In this document: in pieces, positions 62,056-64,000 of the stretch | Numbering within the stretch: position 1 is the stretch's first letter | How the letters are laid out: every line of letters starts with the position of its first letter | Assembly (NCBI GenBank): GCA_902588785.1 | Contig: CACIQL010000001.1 | Span: forward strand, 7,119 to 71,118 | DNA: 64,000 bases | Source: an uncultured Pelagibacteraceae bacterium | Lineage (GTDB): Bacteria > Pseudomonadota > Alphaproteobacteria > Pelagibacterales > AG-422-B15 | Direction of reading: 5' to 3' | Position numbers and translations under genes: made by a program | Notes under the pieces: generated by a model | What the model was told of the DNA's origin: nothing | Databases searched by the model: none | The model's input: the letters and a program-made list of their open reading frames with translations, nothing else

Positions 62056-63110
62056 TGGAATACAGAAAATTAGGTAGATCAGACATTGATGTAAGCTTGA
62101 TATGCTTAGGTACCATGACCTGGGGAGAACAGAATACTGAGGCTGATGCTCACGATCAATTGGATTACTCCTTAGACCACGAAGTTAATTTTATTGATAC
62201 TGCTGAAATATATGCTGTTCCGACAAAAGCTGAAACTCAGGGTTTAACAGAAAAATATATTGGTACTTGGTTCAAAGCGAGAGGCAACAGAGATAAGGTT
62301 GTTCTTGCAACTAAAGTTGCTGGTCGTTCTGGAATGTCGTGGCTTAGAGAAAATGAGGAAATACCTCGTTTGTCCAAAGAACATGTTTTCTATGCAGTTG
62401 AGCAAAGTCTTAAAAGACTACAAACAGATTACATTGATCTCTACCAAGTTCATTGGCCTGATAGACCTTTTGGTGCGTTTTCAGGAAGGCTTGAGTACAA
62501 ACATATGGATACATCAGACTCCATTCCTTTGGAGGAAACTCTTGAGGCTCTTGGTGAATTAGTTAAGCAAGGTAAAGTCAGACAAATTGGTTTATCTAAT
62601 GAAACGCCGTGGGGAACGATGAAATATTTAGAACTCGCTGAAACGAAATCACTGCCTCGTGTTGCTTCAATTCAGAATGCTTATAATTTAGTCAACAGAG
62701 GTTTTGAAATTGGTTTATCAGAAGTTGCAATGCATGAACAAGTAGGTTTGCTTGCTTACTCGCCATTAGCACAAGGGACATTAACTGGAAAATATTTAGG
62801 TGGACAGATGCCTCAAGGGTCAAGACTTGCACTATTTGGCGACGGTCCTTTGATGATGAGATATAAGGGAGATAAAACACAACAGGCAATTGAAATGTAT
62901 GTAAATCTTGCAAAAAAATACGAAATTGATCCCGCTCAACTTGCTATTCAATTTTGTAACATTCAACCCTTTGTAACATCTACAATTATTGGAGCGACTA
63001 CAATGGAACAATTGAAAACTTGTATAGACAGTGTTGATCTTGATATAACGAAAGAAATTATGAATGAAATAAGAGGTATTCATAAAGAAATTCCAAATCC
63101 TGCACCATAA
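62055..63110 (+). CDS. NADP-dependent aldo-keto reductase (Tas-like)
   Basis: MEYRKLGRSDIDVSLICLGTMTWG, FIDTAEIY, DLYQVHWPD, IGLSNE. Confidence 0.88.
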   Translation: MEYRKLGRSDIDVSLICLGTMTWGEQNTEADAHDQLDYSLDHEVNFIDTAEIYAVPTKAETQGLTEKYIGTWFKARGNRDKVVLATKVAGRSGMSWLRENEEIPRLSKEHVFYAVEQSLKRLQTDYIDLYQVHWPDRPFGAFSGRLEYKHMDTSDSIPLEETLEALGELVKQGKVRQIGLSNETPWGTMKYLELAETKSLPRVASIQNAYNLVNRGFEIGLSEVAMHEQVGLLAYSPLAQGTLTGKYLGGQMPQGSRLALFGDGPLMMRYKGDKTQQAIEMYVNLAKKYEIDPAQLAIQFCNIQPFVTSTIIGATTMEQLKTCIDSVDLDITKEIMNEIRGIHKEIPNPAP

Positions 63111-63397
63111 TGAAAAAAATCTCTAAAGCTGAGCTTACCAAAAAATTAAAAAGATTGTCTGGATGGAAGATGGTCAAAGGGCGAAGTGCAATTACTAAAA
63201 CATTTAAGTTTAGTAACTTTCAAGAAGCTTTTGGTTGGATGACATCAATGGCAATCTATGCGGAAAAGAAAGATCATCATCCGGAATGGTTTAATGTCTA
63301 CAGTACTGTCAAAGTTACTTTATCAACTCACGATGCTGGTGGAGTGACAAGTCTGGACTTAGATATGGCTAGAGAAATGAACCAGAAAAGTAAGTAA
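63110..63397 (+). CDS. phhB: Pterin-4a-carbinolamine dehydratase
   Basis: 95 aa. L..W... and the DHHPEW motif. TAATG overlap with the reductase gene. Confidence 0.85.
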   Translation: MKKISKAELTKKLKRLSGWKMVKGRSAITKTFKFSNFQEAFGWMTSMAIYAEKKDHHPEWFNVYSTVKVTLSTHDAGGVTSLDLDMAREMNQKSK

Positions 63398-63401
63398 ATT
63401 A

Positions 63402-64000
63402 TTAGGTTTTATAAAAAGAAGTTGTTAGCGCAATCTTTCCAGTAGCTTTTCTTGCAAGAATTGTCTCGAGTGCCTCTTGTCCTCTTTCGAGTGGAAGAAC
63501 TTCTGTGACTGGAGCTTTTAATTTTCCCTCTTCATACCAACCAGTAAGTTGGTTCATATTGGCTAAATGCTCCTGTGGCTCTAAAGCTGTAAATTGACCC
63601 CAAAATACACCAACAGCGGAGCAGCCCTTAATTAAATACAAGTTCATCGGTATTTTTGGAATATAGCCAGCTGCCCAACCAATAACTAAGAAACGTCCAT
63701 TCCATGCAATACTTCGTAAAGCGGGCTCAGTAAAATCTGCTCCAACCGGGTCATAAATCACATCTGGTCCTTTACCACCCGTTGCTTTTGAAATTTCTGC
63801 TCTAAATTCTTTCACATGATCTCGATTGGTTAAATCATACTTTCCATAATTAATAACTTCGTCAGCTCCATACTCTTTGCATACTTCTAGTTTTTCATCA
63901 GAAGATGCACCAGCTATAACTCTTGCACCCATTGCTTTTCCAATTTCAACAGCTGATATACCAACACCACCTGCAGCGCCTAGGACAAGTAAATTTTCAC
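63402..64000 (-). CDS. NADPH:quinone oxidoreductase / zeta-crystallin-like MDR, C-terminal part (N-terminus off the window)
   Basis: The frame stays open upstream of the ORF-track Met to the window edge: ...ENLLVLGAAGGVGISAVEIGKAMGARVIAG..., which is the MDR nucleotide-binding motif. Confidence 0.8.
   Translation of the reverse strand, partial: ENLLVLGAAGGVGISAVEIGKAMGARVIAGASSDEKLEVCKEYGADEVINYGKYDLTNRDHVKEFRAEISKATGGKGPDVIYDPVGADFTEPALRSIAWNGRFLVIGWAAGYIPKIPMNLYLIKGCSAVGVFWGQFTALEPQEHLANMNQLTGWYEEGKLKAPVTEVLPLERGQEALETILARKATGKIALTTSFYKT

Overview
This is an AT-rich (about 30% GC by eye), very gene-dense alphaproteobacterial chromosome segment with Pelagibacterales/SAR11-like streamlining. 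Many start and stop codons overlap, and convergent genes share or abut stop codons.

I call about 70 CDS, and nearly all are core housekeeping genes:
- serC (partial) and a DUF1015 gene
- rplU-rpmA-obg-proB-proA-nadD-rsfS-rlmH-ctpA-rppH
- atpHAGDC, priA, tal, and a XerC/D-type recombinase
- a TCA supercluster: mdh-sucCDAB-lpdA, mmsA, sdhCDAB, and acnA further on
- leuCDB-asd
- rpsP-rimM-trmD-rplS, and ffh
- dapF-DCC-mtaB-ftsY
- a contiguous ccmABCDEFGH operon, including a 51-aa ccmD missing from the ORF track
- htpG and a Bax-inhibitor-family gene
- a terminal redox cluster: two tandem SDR paralogs, an aldo-keto reductase, a pterin carbinolamine dehydratase and a quinone oxidoreductase

I found no rRNA, tRNA, CRISPR array, transposase, prophage or recognisable defence genes. 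I do not see convincing evidence for a novel multi-gene system.

The observations most worth follow-up are:
1. A CitE-type acyl-CoA lyase fused to a double MaoC hydratase, coupled to asd and sitting next to sdhCDAB.
2. The only large convergent spacer (smr/sdhB). It carries a ~90-nt imperfect hairpin that buries the start codon of a 26-aa hydrophobic mini-ORF.
3. A GC-enriched element with chained, mutually exclusive helices and a T7 tract in the ffh/dapF spacer.
4. A translationally coupled NTF2-like / fatty-acid-hydroxylase / membrane-protein cassette.
5. Long charged C-terminal tails on ribosomal proteins L19, S16 and L21.

All calls rest on reading the sequence and translations by eye. No database search was run.
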